From the NCBI GenBank assembly GCA_964234715.1, contig OZ174277.1: a DNA stretch of 64,000 nt; one strand, 5' to 3'. How positions within the stretch are numbered: the stretch's first letter is position 1; each line of letters begins with the position of its first letter. The notes beneath the pieces are model-generated. The model did not search any database and had not been told where the DNA came from. It was given only the letters and a program-made list of their open reading frames with translations. This stretch comes from Podarcis melisellensis. Taxonomy: Eukaryota. Positions 35,157 to 47,820 of this stretch are shown here, in pieces. The position numbers were made by a program, and so were the translations under genes.

Positions 35157-37240
35157 ATGGCTTCACTCGTGCCTCTATTGCTGTTTTCCCCAGCCTCTGA
35201 ATCATGGGACTCCGACCTTGCTCAGTTTGACTGCTACCTCCAAGCCAACGAGCTGACAGAAGTGTCAAAGGAGCGTAAGCGGGGCCTATTCCTCAGCCTC
35301 TGTGGGCCCAAGGTGTTTGAGACGGCCCGAGCATTGGTTGTGCCTCAAGAAGTCCAGGCAGCGCCATGGGGCATGATTCAAGAGAAGCCCCACAACCACT
35401 ACGCGCCAAAGCATTCCAAGATTGCTGCCTGTCAGGTGTTCTACCACCGGAACCAGGCAGAGGGAGAGTCAATTAACCACTACACCGCCACCCTCCGACA
35501 GGCTGCAATGCACTGCGAGTTCCGAGACTTAGACGATGCCCTGATGGATCAAATCGTCTGTGGGGTATGGGACATCCGTCTGCAACGACGTCTTCTTGCC
35601 AAGCCAGACCTCACGCTCCAGAAGGCCATTGTGGAGGCCGCGGCCTCGGAAGCTGCTGCACTCTCCGCCCAGGAGATCTGCAAGGGCAACAGCCCACGTC
35701 TTGCTAGGAAGCCAGTTCCAGTGCATCATGAAGAGGCCAGCAGTGATGAGGCATCCTCCAGTGAAGATGATGACATGCACCAGACGAAGCAGGAGTGCGG
35801 GAAGTTCCAACAGAAGTCCAAGGGCCAATCGGAATGTGCCAGCTGTGGAGGCAACCATTCCCGTGCCAAGTGTCGATTCAGAGATGCCATCTGTCGGAAA
35901 TGTTCCAGAAGGGGCCACATCACTAAGGTCTGCCGATCGGCTCTGTACAACACCCCCCCTTCACCGTGTCGCAAGTCCAAGTCTTCACTCCAGTTCGCCA
36001 AGGAAAGCTGTTTCGCTCTCACCAACTGCCACTGCCCATCGGGAACCACGATTGGCCAAACCAATTCGCCTATGCGACACAAGGTGAACGTCACTGTGCT
36101 CTTTGAAGGAGCTCCGTGTGACATGGAGATCGACACCGCGTTTGCCCTATCCATCGTGTCTTGGAGCACCATCAAAAGACTGGTACCCAGAGTGTCCAAA
36201 AGGCAATTCGACTCTCACTGCATACACCTGAGAGACTACCAGGGTAACGACATTCCCGTGGTAGGCATTGGCCGGTTCCGGATCGCCTTCAAGGATTTTT
36301 CGGGCCTGCTCCGACTGGTGGTGGTCGAAGGTCAGCGGCCAAGCCTCCTAGGGCTAGACTGGTTTGATGCCCTCGAACCTGGGAGTCACCGGCATCAACT
36401 GCATCTCAAATGCAGAGACTGAGGGTCTGATCAAAGACTTTGCCGAGGTTTTTGACGGCACTTTGGGTCAATATACAGGTACGCCCATCTCCTTTAGCCT
36501 TGATCCACAAGTCGCCCACATCAAGCTAAAGCCACGCCGGGTTCCTTTTGCTCTCAAGACTAAGGTGGACGAGCAACTGGACAAGCTGATCGCCCAAGGA
36601 GTTTTGGAGCCGGTTGACCGCGCCAAGTGGGAAACCCCCATCATCACGCCTGTCAAGCCAGACGGGTCAGTGAGAATCTGCGCTGACTACAAGTGCACAA
36701 TCAACAAGGCACTTCAGCAGCACCCTTACCCAGTTCCTGTTGTCCAACACCTGTTGCATTCCCTGGTTGAGGGTAAGGTCTTCGCAAAGCTGGACCTTGC
36801 CCAAGTCTATCAACAACTGCCCGTTGATGATGCCACCGCTGAAGCCCAGACCATCGTCACCCACCAAGGGGCATTCTGTTGCCGCCATTTGCAGTTTGGG
36901 GTGAGTGTGGCTCCTCACATCTTCCAAAGCCTTATGGAACGTCTCCTGCAAGGGCTTCCGGGCATGGTACCGTATTTTGACGATGTCTTGGTGTCCACAG
37001 ACTCACAGCAGCAGCTGTTCGAGTACCTCCGCGCCGTGCTGACCAGGTTCCAGGAGGCCGGGCTCAAGGTAAAGAAGCAGAAGTGCCAGATCGCCGTTCC
37101 ACAGGTGGAGTTCCTGGGCTATCTTATCGACGCCTCCGGCCTTCACCTGACAACATCCAAGATCTGTGCTATCCAGCAGGCCCCCATCCCAAAGAACAAG
37201 ATGGAGTTGCAGGCATTCCTGGGACTGCTGAACTTTTCTA
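35157..37240 (+). pseudogene. Gypsy gag-pol (gag, protease, RT), frameshifted at about 36375 and truncated
   Basis: CASCGGNH...C and CRKCSRRGH...C knuckles; protease IDTA (degenerate DTG); VRICADYK, KLDLAQ, YFDDVL; ends at FLGLLNF. Confidence 0.88.
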
Positions 37241-37587
37241 ACATATACTCCTTTTATATATACATATAACTTTTATATACATATAAATTTTATAACAGCT
37301 CTATATAAGCAGGCTGGCTGAACCCTTCAGTTCAGTTCTGTTCTGGCCTGTGAATAAACAAGAGCTGTTTGAAGAACCTTCATTTTATTTTGTCTGTATT
37401 TTTGATGTGTTTTTAATTTATGTTTGGCAACCACCTGGTTGTTTTAGAGAAAAGTGGGCCTATTTTTACATGTTACTGAACTCAATAGGCAGCAGATCTT
37501 TCATAATGGAAAGATTATTTGAAAGCAGTCTGAACTATTTACAGAAAGACCCTCTTATTTCAGTAGATTAAATGAGTGTCTACTTAC

Positions 37588-37632
37588 AGGAATGCCATCT
37601 GCACCAGAAAAACCAGTGACCCCTCTTTGTCC
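37588..37632 (-). CDS. COL4A2: COL4A2 exon 6 (45 bp): GQRGVTGFSGADGIP
   Basis: cttag| ... |gtaagt; GADGIP conserved with human. Confidence 0.95.
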
Positions 37633-37711
37633 CTAAGAAGAAAAAGGAAACGTGATTAAAAAGCCCAGTCTTTCTTTACAGTTGTTAGCCTAATGGAAAT
37701 TATATCATTAC

Positions 37712-37846
37712 CGCTTCTCCCTTTGGTCCAGTTATTCCTGGCTGGCCTCTTTCGCCTTTATATCCTTTGTGCCCTGGAAGTCCTGGGATGCCTCCCACTC
37801 CAGGCGGTCCTGGGAATCCCTGCTGCCCAAGAAGTCCTGGTTGGCC
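37712..37846 (-). CDS. COL4A2: COL4A2 exon 5 (135 bp): [45 protein letters not shown]
   Basis: ttttcag| ... |gtaat; 15 triplets; matches human GQPG...KGERG...TGPKG. Confidence 0.95.
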
Positions 37847-38494
37847 CTGAAAATCACAACAAACACAATTCTTTAGAAACTACGGTAATGCATGCAACAC
37901 TTGATCTCTGCAGTAATGAAGAAACCTGTGCTTCTCTTAATAAAGAAGCTAGCAATTTTTACAGAAGTCTAATTCCTCTGAACAGTAACATCCACCCAAA
38001 TATTTTGCAGTGCAAATGAGTACCAAATGCAAGGAAGCCCTGGTTTTCACACTTTATTCTAGGGAAGTATTTCTGCTTGTTGACCAAGCATCAGAGAAGT
38101 CTCTTTTGCTATTGCATTTCAACAGTACACACCAGTGCGTCATTACCATACGGGTTTACTTAGAAATAAGTCTTACTGTATTCAATAGCACTTATTCCCA
38201 GGTAACTGTATAAGGTTGCAACATGTATAGAATTGTGAAGCCCACTTAACTGGGGAATGGTTTTTAAATATATAATTATATATATACAGTAATACCTCCG
38301 TGAATGTCTGCCTTGTCTAGCGTCCGTTCCGGTGAATGTCCACGGCAAACCCAGAACAGGTTACGTCTAGGTTTGCCACTCACACATGCGCAGAAGCGCT
38401 AAATTGCGCTTTGCGCATGTGCAGAAGTGCAAACAGCTCCACACACGTGCACAGATGCGCCACTTTGCCCTGCATTCTTCTGTCTGTCTGCATC

Positions 38495-38810
38495 CTGCCC
38501 GTCTGATTGGGTTTCCCCAGCCACTCTAGGCAGTTCCAGCATATATAAAAACATAGTAGGACATTAAACCTTAAAAAGCTTCAGATGTTTCCTAAATGTT
38601 ATATAATTACTCATGTCATTGACATCTGGTGGGAGGGCATTCCACAGGGTAGGCGCCACTACCGAGAAGGCCCTTTGCCTGGTTCCCTGCAACCTCACTT
38701 CTCGCAAGGAGGGAAGCGCCAGAAGACCCTTGGAGCTGGAGCTCAGTGTCCAGGCGGGATGAGGCGGGTGGAGATACTCCTTCAGGTGTATAGGGCTAAG
38801 GCCATTTATT
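38495..38810 (-). mobile_element. L2 3' fragment
   Basis: RAFSVVAPTLWNALP motif; same family as 62791-63895. Confidence 0.85.
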
Positions 38811-39599
38811 GCAGATGACAAAATAGATAAATTATTATTATTATTAAAGTTGTATACCACCCTTCATCAGAAGATCACAGGGTGCGTCACAACATAAAAA
38901 TACAAAATACAAAAGTAAAATAGATCCTTTACATTTTGAAAGTTTTATCTTTAAAATAGACCTGTAGATGGCACTCATCAACCACATCAATAGTAACACC
39001 AGAAAACTAGAACCACAAATGCACTTTTAAGGAATACTTCCACTAAATTCATTACAGTTTGAAGTGCAAGACTGTTGAGTAGGCAAGTAGGTCAGGCTTG
39101 GAAGGAGGCATTCGTTTAGTCTGCTCCCACGTCACCGTGACTCTTAGGCAAGAGGATTTGTCCCTAAAATGGTTACCAACAGCCTGCCTTTTGTTGCCAT
39201 ATATTACAGGAAGGAAAGCAATGTCTTGTGTAACGAAATATGATCCTGAATAAACAGACAGTGCCTTACATGGGCAATGCCTCATGTGGTCTAGCATGAA
39301 AAATGAGACCAGAACAGAAGGACTGAAGCACAAAGGAAAGTGGGCATTAATAAGTCTGATGAGGTTGTGTTGGGAAGTTGTATTTAGACAAGAGAAGAGT
39401 TACTGTTGATCTACCGCCATCTCAGGTATTTATTAAACAGTGTCAGAAGCCCAAACTACTCCACAGATGTGGGGGAGCAAAATGTGCCCCGTAGGAGAGA
39501 TTTGACCCAGGGCTCCTAGGAGTATGTTGCAATAACATGGGTGCCAAAGCAGCTGTTGCAGCTATTCATGGACATGGTGATTCCCTTGCTAGCTTTTCT

Positions 39600-40075
39600 T
39601 AGGAACATTGGAAGGACTGCTGGATCTGCCCAGGGGGCCATCTGGTCCAGCCTTCTGTCCTCACAGTAGCCAACCAATTGCCCCAAAGGGAAAGCCACAA
39701 ACAAGAGCAACGCTCCCCTTCTGCAGCTTCCAGCCACTGGTATTCAGAAGCATGGCTGCCTCCCCTGTGGCCAATAGCAGTTGGTCACCCTCTTGTCCTC
39801 CACGAATCCGCCTGATTCTCTTTTAAAGCCATCCAAGCTGGTGGCCATCGCTGCCTCTTGTGGGGGAGAGTTCCGTAGTTTAACTCTGCGCTGTGTTATC
39901 TGTCCTGAATCTTTCAACATTCACTTTCATTGGACATCCACAAGTTCTAGTGTTAGGAGAGAGGAAGAAAAACTTTTCTCTATCCACTTTCCTCATGCCA
40001 CACACAGTTTTATAAACTTCTACCATGTTGCCTCTTACTTGTCTTTTCTCTAAACTTAAAGGTCCCAAATGCAAG
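39600..40075 (-). mobile_element. Old CR1-like 3' fragment
   Basis: SLEKRQVRGNMVEVYK resembles the CR1 C-terminus SLEKRRLRGDMIEVYK. Confidence 0.65.
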
Positions 40076-40529
40076 GGGAGTTGCTCCGGTGTGTGTTTTG
40101 TGCTTCAGCAGACAAGGCCACAGGATCCCCTGGAGGTCCCTGGCCTGGCTGTCTCTTTCTGCGGTGCTGCCTCCTGAGTGGCTGGCTCCCTCCGTCTCTG
40201 TGCATTTGGGGTTTTGCCATGTTGGGGGTGCACTAGTGGAGTTTCTAGGGGTGTGGTGGGCATGCCTGCCACTTTTCCTACTGATTTGCTGCGTTTGGGT
40301 AGTTTGGGTTTCCCTTCCCTTCTGGGCTGGATGAGCATAAGAGCATAAGGTAGAGTGACAGCATACCCCCCCCCTTGCATAATGAGGGTCTAGGGATGAT
40401 CAAGAAACAGTTTGATACTAAGCATGGTGATACGTGGAAAGGAGTCCATAATTTGTCTCTTTTGCTGCTCTAATTAATATGTTGGACCTTTAGACACTGC
40501 TGCATTCATCCGCTGCCAGAAATTAAAGC

Positions 40530-40772
40530 TTATACTTTGAGTTATAAACACCTCAGGTTACAAATGCTTCAGGTTACAGACTCTGCTAACCTGGAAGAGT
40601 TACCTTGAGTTGAGAACTTTGCCCCAGGATGAGAACAGAAATCGTGTGCCAGCGGCGCAGCAGCAGCAAGAGGCCCCATTAGCAAAATAATGTTCTGTTC
40701 TCTAGCTAAGAACAGTTCAGGTTAAGAACGGACCTCCAGAACGAATTAAGTTCATAAGTAGAGGTACCACTG
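40530..40772. mobile_element. Tc1/mariner (Tigger-like) MITE, one end degraded
   Basis: Ends ...gaggtaccactg|TA; reverse complement of the element starting at 63896. Confidence 0.7.
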
Positions 40773-41756
40773 TACATGAAAAATAAAGGCAAATTCAAAT
40801 TTATTTTTCTAAAATGCTAAAGAAGAAAATCTCACCATGTTTAGTCTAATGGTCATGTAATTTACTGTTCATTTAAACTGAGTCATCCAGACATATGACA
40901 TTTACTCCCAGGAAATTAAACTAATTCCAGGGAGGTGATTCAGCCCTTAGAATGATTTTTAAAATTGCAAATAAGGTCAAAATTAACATTAAATCCTCAT
41001 AAAAGTGCCTGCTAAGGAATTCTCTCTACTGAGTTCCCAAAAGTCATGTTCTTGTTTGTGAGCAGTAAATTAGACAGTCATCCAAACAACTGAAGAGGCC
41101 TCTCCTTTCTCATGATTCAAATTAATTTATCAGATGCTTCCCCAGACTATTTCATCTTTTGGAAAATAATCATGTCACCATATAATGTCACCAATTTGAA
41201 TATTCTAAGTATTTTTTATCCTAATTTTCATATCACAAGTCACATAAAATAGTTTCAAAAGATCACAATAGTCGAATAATGAAAAATATAACATATACTA
41301 TTTGTTTATAAAATACAGCATTACTCTTAAAAATCTTGGTTTAGGATTATTCTTGTGTATATTAGAATCACTGGCCCCAATCCTGAATCCAGCAGGCACC
41401 TGGGCCTCCCCATTGTCATCTATGGCAGCTGGACCTCTGTGAACAGATGGGGTCCTCTTTCATACTTGGCAAGAGGAAGCATGTGTGTGCATCTCCTTCG
41501 GTTTACAAAAATTTAGTCAAGCCACTTGTCTAGATAGGATTTACAACTATCACTCATGCATATTTTCCCAATATTCTCACCTAAATTTATTGAGTAACTT
41601 GCCTAATTACCAAACTATTCTACAGGAACTATTCTGCTTCCAAAAGAATGTTAAAATACAATAGTCAGTTAAACATTAAAAGCTTCCCTGAAAGGGTAAC
41701 AAATGGGTGGTTTCAGAGATGTGCCGAGGGAGCAAGAGGACCTAGCTGTTACCTTA

Positions 41757-42114
41757 AAGGTAAAGGTAAAGGTACCCCTGCCCGTACGGGCCAGTCTTGA
41801 CAGACTCTGGGGTTGTGCGCCCATCTCACTTAAGAGGCCAGGGGCCAGCGCTGTCCGGAGACACTTCCGGGTCACGTGGCCAGCGTGACATCGCTGTCCG
41901 GCGAGCCAGAGCCGCACACGGAAACGCCGTTTACCTTCCCGCTGGTAAGCGGTCCCTATTTATCTACTTGCACCCGGAGGTGCTTTCGAACTGCTAGGTT
42001 GGCAGGCTCTGGGACCGAGCAGCGGGAGCGCACCCCGCCGCAGGGATTCGAACCGCCGACCTTTCGATCAGCAAGTCCTAGGCGCTGAGGCTTTAACCCA
42101 CAGCGCCACCTGCG
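41757..42114 (-). mobile_element. Sauria SINE
   Basis: (ACCTTT)3 tail; 10-bp TSD tgttacctta. Confidence 0.92.
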
Positions 42115-43119
42115 TGTTACCTTAGGCAACCTCAACCCAAAACAGGTGAAAGGGAAATGTTATTGGTCAAAAGAGATACAGGGCAAGTTGAAACACAACC
42201 ACCGAGCACACACGGCCTCTGCGGCAATGGCAGAGAACAGGCTGCTAACTCTGCTCTGCCTGGGCCTGGTAATGGAGTGGATGAGGCCCATGGAGGTGAA
42301 ACTCAGTCATGAGAAGAGGGAGCTACAGCTGGTTCTTCAGCCCAGCATAGAGCTACAGGATTTGGAGCCTGGAGGTGCTAATTTATCTAGCGTTTAAAAT
42401 GAAGGCCCAAGTAGACTTTGTGGCACACAGTGCCTTGGGCCCACTTCTGCTGACACCCCATTAGCAACCCTTTCTGGACAGTTAATCTGGCTCTGCTAAG
42501 GGGTCACAATAAGAGGCCCCAGACAGAACGCTAAGGCACACCACTTGCCACTTTTAAAAAATCAGCGCTTGATATCAGAGTTCAAATGCTTTCAGTGACC
42601 TTTTTCGGGGGAGTGGCTTTTAATCTAGTTCATAAAGAAAAGTGGGTTATAAATTTTCAAATACATAAATGCTGCTTGGTTCATTAAGCTCTTAAAGAAA
42701 AGACAGTATCTGGCACCAGTATCCTGCATTAAAACACTCCGTAGGAAAGAGTGAAAACTGCATGGCCAGCTCATGGCTTCCTTTTCAGGCTGTGTGGGAG
42801 TTGTTCTCAAGACCGAGAATGTTCAGGAAGTTTAACACAGATGTTTTCTTTCAGGAGGCGTTAAAGACACCAGTAACAACATCTGTTCCTTTTGGTTGTT
42901 GTTTAAAAACATTATGAGAACATAATTTTCCTTCAAAGCTACTGATCACTGAAATTTCCAAACTATGCTTGTGGTCAAACTTGTAATCTTAGACAAGAAT
43001 CTCAGACATGAACTGTGCAGTTTCTATAAGGAATAATTTCATTACTTCTGTTTAAATAGTACATGCTGGGAACAATCTTCAAGAATTTAACAGACACTAT
43101 TTAAGCAGCCAATCTTATT

Positions 43120-43870
43120 TCTCTTGGGAAGGAATTCCGCAATCTAGGACCAACAACAGAAAAGGCTCTCTTTTGTGTCACCACCCAACGTACTTCTGAA
43201 GTTGATGCGACCAATGTGATGTGATCACCTGAGGAACTTAGAAGTCAGGCAGTTTCATGTAAGGAAATACAATCTTTCAGATAACTCAGACCCAAGCCAT
43301 TTAGGGCTTTTTAGGTCATAATGAGAAGACTGAATTGTGCTTGGAAATGGACCAGCAGACAGTGAAGTTGTTTTTACAGGGAGTAACATGTCCCCTGTAA
43401 CCGGCCCCAGTCGAGAGTCTGGCCACAGCATTCAGGAATAGCTGAAACTTCCAAATGTTTTCCAAGGCAGCCCTACAGAGAACACATTACAGTAGTCTAA
43501 CTGGGATGTAACTAAGGCATGCCTTACTATCTGACATCTTAAGAAATGGGCACAGTTGGTGCACAAGATGCAACTGTACAAAAGCACTCCTGGCCACTGC
43601 ATCCAGGTTCAGGGCAGAATCCGGGATTTCATCTAAACTGAACTGGATGAGTAGTATAACCCCGTCCAACACAGGCCAAATCCCTATTCCCTGATCTACC
43701 TTCCAACTGACCAGGAGTACCTCTGTATTGAAGCTTCCACTTGTTTGTGCTCATCCATTACTGAGATCAGTACTGATCTGAAACAGAGACAGCTCCTTTG
43801 ATTGTGATGTTACCTGCCTACTAATGGCTTTGTACCCTAAAACTCCAGATGACATTTCACAGTGGTTTTA
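43120..43870 (-). mobile_element. Old L2 fragment, followed by the hAT MITE at 43873
   Basis: Degenerate SRLDYCN at about 43495-43520 and ARSAFVQLHLVHQLCPFL. Confidence 0.6.
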
Positions 43871-43872
43871 TG

Positions 43873-44041
43873 CAGTGGCGTAGCGTGGGTGGTCAGCACC
43901 CGGGGCAAGGCAAGTAATTTGCACCCCCTAACCCGTGGATTTGTGCCCCCTAACCCGTGGATTTGCGCCCCCTAACCCTAACCCCCAGATGTTGCACCCG
44001 GTGCGGCCGGCCCCCCCTGCACCCCCCATGCTTCGCCACTG
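43873..44041. mobile_element. hAT MITE with internal CCCTAA telomeric repeats (copy 1)
   Basis: TIR cagtggcgtagcgtggg; perfect 8-bp TSD gttttatg. Confidence 0.9.
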
Positions 44042-45400
44042 GTTTTATGTATAAAATAGCATGGAGAACAAGCCTGAGAGGCCCCACATGCCATTGGCCA
44101 TAAGGTGAACAAGTGTCACCCCCAGTACCTCCTTCTGAACTTGCCCCTCCAGAAAGGACTGGAGACAATGCAAAACTGGCTCCCATCCCAGACAGGTGAA
44201 TTAGAAAAAACCCCATAACAGCCACAGGAAGCTCGGGCAAGACACTATTAACAAAACATTATCTATCAAAATTTACTGGGCACTGAAAAAATATAAATGA
44301 AGGGAGAGCATTCCACTGACAGGGAGTCACAACATAAAAGTCCCACTCCAGTGTCACCACTCTGTTAGCCTCCCACACAGGAGGAACCTGGAGAAAGACC
44401 TCAGAATAAGATCTCAGGGTCTGCGTGGGCGCATATCAGGAGTGGCGCTCCAGAAGATATTGCGGTCCTGAGCCATAGAAAGCTTCACAGGCCAAGGCAA
44501 GCCTTTGAATTGGGCTTGGAAGCATTCAGGCAGAACTGGTGCTATATGACCTATTCATGTTGAACATGTCTACGTAATAGCGAAGACTCAGTTATGCCAC
44601 ATTCTCAAAGGTGGCAGAGTTAACTGTCTGTCAGGAGGTTATTTTCCCCAGCAAGCATGTTGAGATGAGAGAGAGAGAGAGAGAGAGACCTGCAAATAAG
44701 ACCCATTTATATTCTCCTTTCATTAATTAGAATTCCATGGAGGGAGTTTGGGGCTCTGCTTGCTGATCCTCCTCCCACCATCACATTCTGCCACGCCTCC
44801 ATTCATGTATGGAGGACGAAGGCCAGGCATGGAAAACTTCTTGTACTTGTGCAGGCTCTCCATGCAGTGTAGAACCAGCCAGGATTCCAAATCATGCAGG
44901 GAGATTCACTGAGGCTCCCATCTTCAGATCTTTGATCGCACACTCACAGAGGGCTGTTAGCATGGTCAAAGTGATGTGCCAGATCAGGCAGGGCTTAGAA
45001 AGGCATCCTGCTCTCCTCTGCAGACCTGTTGACATGCAAGGAGGATGAATGTCCAAATACGGCTACAGTCAGAAAAGTAATTGCCCAAGACCAAAGAGAT
45101 TGTCCAAGACCTAAGGATTTAAATAACAAGACAGCTTTGTTTAGTAACAGCTCAGCAACAGAATAAACAGCTCTTATATTGCTGAGACTAGGCTTGACTT
45201 TCAAATCCTATTTAGTGTCCTGAGTCCCCAGGAGACATCTTGGAGGGGCTGGCTGGGTCAGGACAATGGGTTAGAGGAGCTCAAGGAGTTTCCTACTGAC
45301 AAGCCTGAGGAGGAGGCCAACAGGCTGGGACAGGCCATATCAGTGCCTTGAGAATCACCTGAGGTTGGCAGAGCAACTGGAAACCAAGATGGCCATACAG

Positions 45401-45525
45401 CAGTGGTTTTCAACCAGTATGCCACGGCACCCTGGGGTGCCTCGAATGATGGTCAGGGGTGTCACAGGCAGAAAGAATGTAGTTGGTCAAGGCAGCCATG
45501 GACTCAAAAAGGTTGAAAACCTCTG
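45401..45525. mobile_element. hAT (Charlie-like) MITE
   Basis: TIR cagtggttttcaacc / ggttgaaaacctctg; TSD ccatacag / ccattcag. Confidence 0.8.
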
Positions 45526-47820
45526 CCATTCAGTGTTTAAACATGTTCATGTATTATAATATTGCTACATAAAAATATGAAACTATGTACGTCATTATTG
45601 TTCAGCTGAACAAGAGAAGAAAATGAGAACAATTTAACTTGTGCTGTAAACATAATAGTGTTTATAAAAAGGCAAAATCTTCCATTTATGAGTAAGTGGA
45701 GAGTAGTTTTTCCCACTGCCTATTGTTAAAACTGTTTAGCAACATGTACTTGCACAAATCCCGGGGGTGGGGGGGGGTGATTAGAAAACCAGATGGCTGC
45801 ATTTCTTTCCTTCTGAATTTCTGGATAATTCTCAATTTGGTTTCTACCCATGGTCAGAACAGATGAATTGTAAACATGAAACTAATTCCAAACTTTCAGG
45901 ATTCTCATAGTCCCATGAGGATTACTCAAGTCAGGAAGAATTTTAATGGAGCATTATACAAAGGCAGTTGTGTCACTATCAAATTGTCGAAGGAAATGCC
46001 AAAGAAACAGCATCAAAATCTTCCCCTCTCAAAATCAAATGAAATGTGTCTCGTCCCTCCAAGAAACAGGGAAGTTTTGCCATAATACCCAGCTGAGTTC
46101 ACATGCTACATCATCATTATCATGATCATCATTAATTTTTAAAAAATTATTTTTCCTGTATCAGGAATTTTTTAATGTTTGATGTTTTACAATTTTTTAT
46201 ATGTGCTGTAAGCCGCTCAGAGTAGCTGGGTGAGCCTGATAAAAATGTTGCTGCTGCTGCTGCTGCTGTTATATACCCCACCCTTCCTCCCAAAGGAGCC
46301 TATTGGAGGCAGGTTTCGCCAAACATACTCTAGCTATCCCTCTTGGTGCTTGAGCAAGTTTTAGGTGCACATCACCCATAAGATATTTCTTTTACTCAAG
46401 AAAATGCTTTGCTGATGCTTTTTAGTGAGAATGCAGCTAATGTAGGCTAGAGGTTATCATCTAAAACATTGTTGTCTTTATTTGTATCAAACATGGCAAA
46501 AACAGTATTAAGGAAGATGTGACAAGAAAAATAAAAAATGCCTATCTGAAGGCATATGTTTTATGTAGTGTATTTTATGGGAAAGAAAAAGAGGCTGTAT
46601 GAGGGGAAATGAATAAAGAAACAAATCTGTTTCTTTCAAAACAGATACCACAACATGAAAAAGGAACAAAAAAACTGCAAATTCTGAAGGATTAAAAATG
46701 CCTTTTTGAAATGTAGAATATAAATGAGCTCAAGTAGTGCAGAATCAAATTTTAATATGCCTGGATAATTAGGGATTAAAATAATCCCTCACCTTGTCCA
46801 AACCTCACAGTCCTCTTTATAGCCCAGTGCCATGGCAGAGGTCCAGAGTTGTACCCAGCACCGTTCTGCTAGTTGTGGAGGTTGTCAGTGGGAGGCAATT
46901 CTCGCCAACTCCTCACTCCTGAGAAGCCACCTGACAGCATAGAGGGACTGGCAGGACAAGGGTGACCCCTAGGAGGGCAGCAGGCCAGAAGACCTCAGCA
47001 CCCCCGTGGAACACAGAGAGGTGTCAGAGGAACTGGTGGATGAGGGCATGGAATACCAGGAGCACAGCGAAGGAGAGATCATACAGCCCTCCACCCAGGA
47101 AGGAGGGCGCTAGGACCCTGGAGGAACATAACTCTCCTGCCCACACTGTTTCCAAGGTCCAGGAGGAGTATTTGGAGGGCAGAACAACAGGGGCAGCCTG
47201 TCCAAAGATGGAGCGCATGAATTACAACCTGAAGCCAATTAAGAGCCAGGCCAGCACCTGAAACCAATGGAGCCAAGACCCAGGTGGAGAGTCTCTGCCA
47301 AGCAGCTGAGGACTCTGTAAGAGGAGAGGTAGCAGGCACTCAGGGTTGCCACACCGTTTCAAGGTGGATGTTTGCTCCATGCAAGAGTTGCACAGGAGAA
47401 GGGACCTGGAGAGCAGTGGCGGCAATGATGAAGGAGGCAAGGCAGGAGAGAATTGCCGGAAGAGCGGAGGAGTTGTGCCAGAGAGCTGCTGTGACGCTGG
47501 GCAGCGGGAAGAGGTGAAGGCAAGGGGCACGTGGGGAGAGCCACGGTTGCTGGCACCTGGGAATCACGGGGCAGTCGGATGCAGCATAGCCAGCCACTGA
47601 CCCTGGCACTGGCACTGAAAACACTCCAGGGCCAGCGCAGCACATGGCCTGCTGACCTCAGCAGCGAGCATCTGCTGGGACAAACTGATAGCTCGTACTG
47701 CTCCATATTTTGATAAAGGAATTTAGCCTTCTTTTACATGGTTGTATTCTGTAGACATTTGTGTTTTTAATTTACGTTTTAGAGGTTTGACACGTCTATC
47801 AGTAAACTACCTTTGAGGTA

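Larger units (their letters stand above)
34759..37378 (+). mobile_element. Gypsy/Ty3 LTR retrotransposon, internally deleted (no RNase H or integrase), partial 3' LTR
   Basis: 5' LTR at 34759-35022 (TG...CA, TATA, AATAAA), PBS, gag zinc knuckles, protease, RT YFDD; an 82-bp LTR copy at 37297-37378. Confidence 0.93.

Noticed and set aside
7735-37846. Assignment to COL4A1, COL4A3, COL4A4, COL4A5 or COL4A6
   Set aside because: [31 protein letters not shown] and the exon-size series fit alpha-2(IV) best; a BLASTP would confirm.
40122-40139. Minus-strand AG|GPPGDP|GT micro-exon candidate
   Set aside because: No polypyrimidine tract, weak donor (gtggcc), and not expected between exons 4 and 5.
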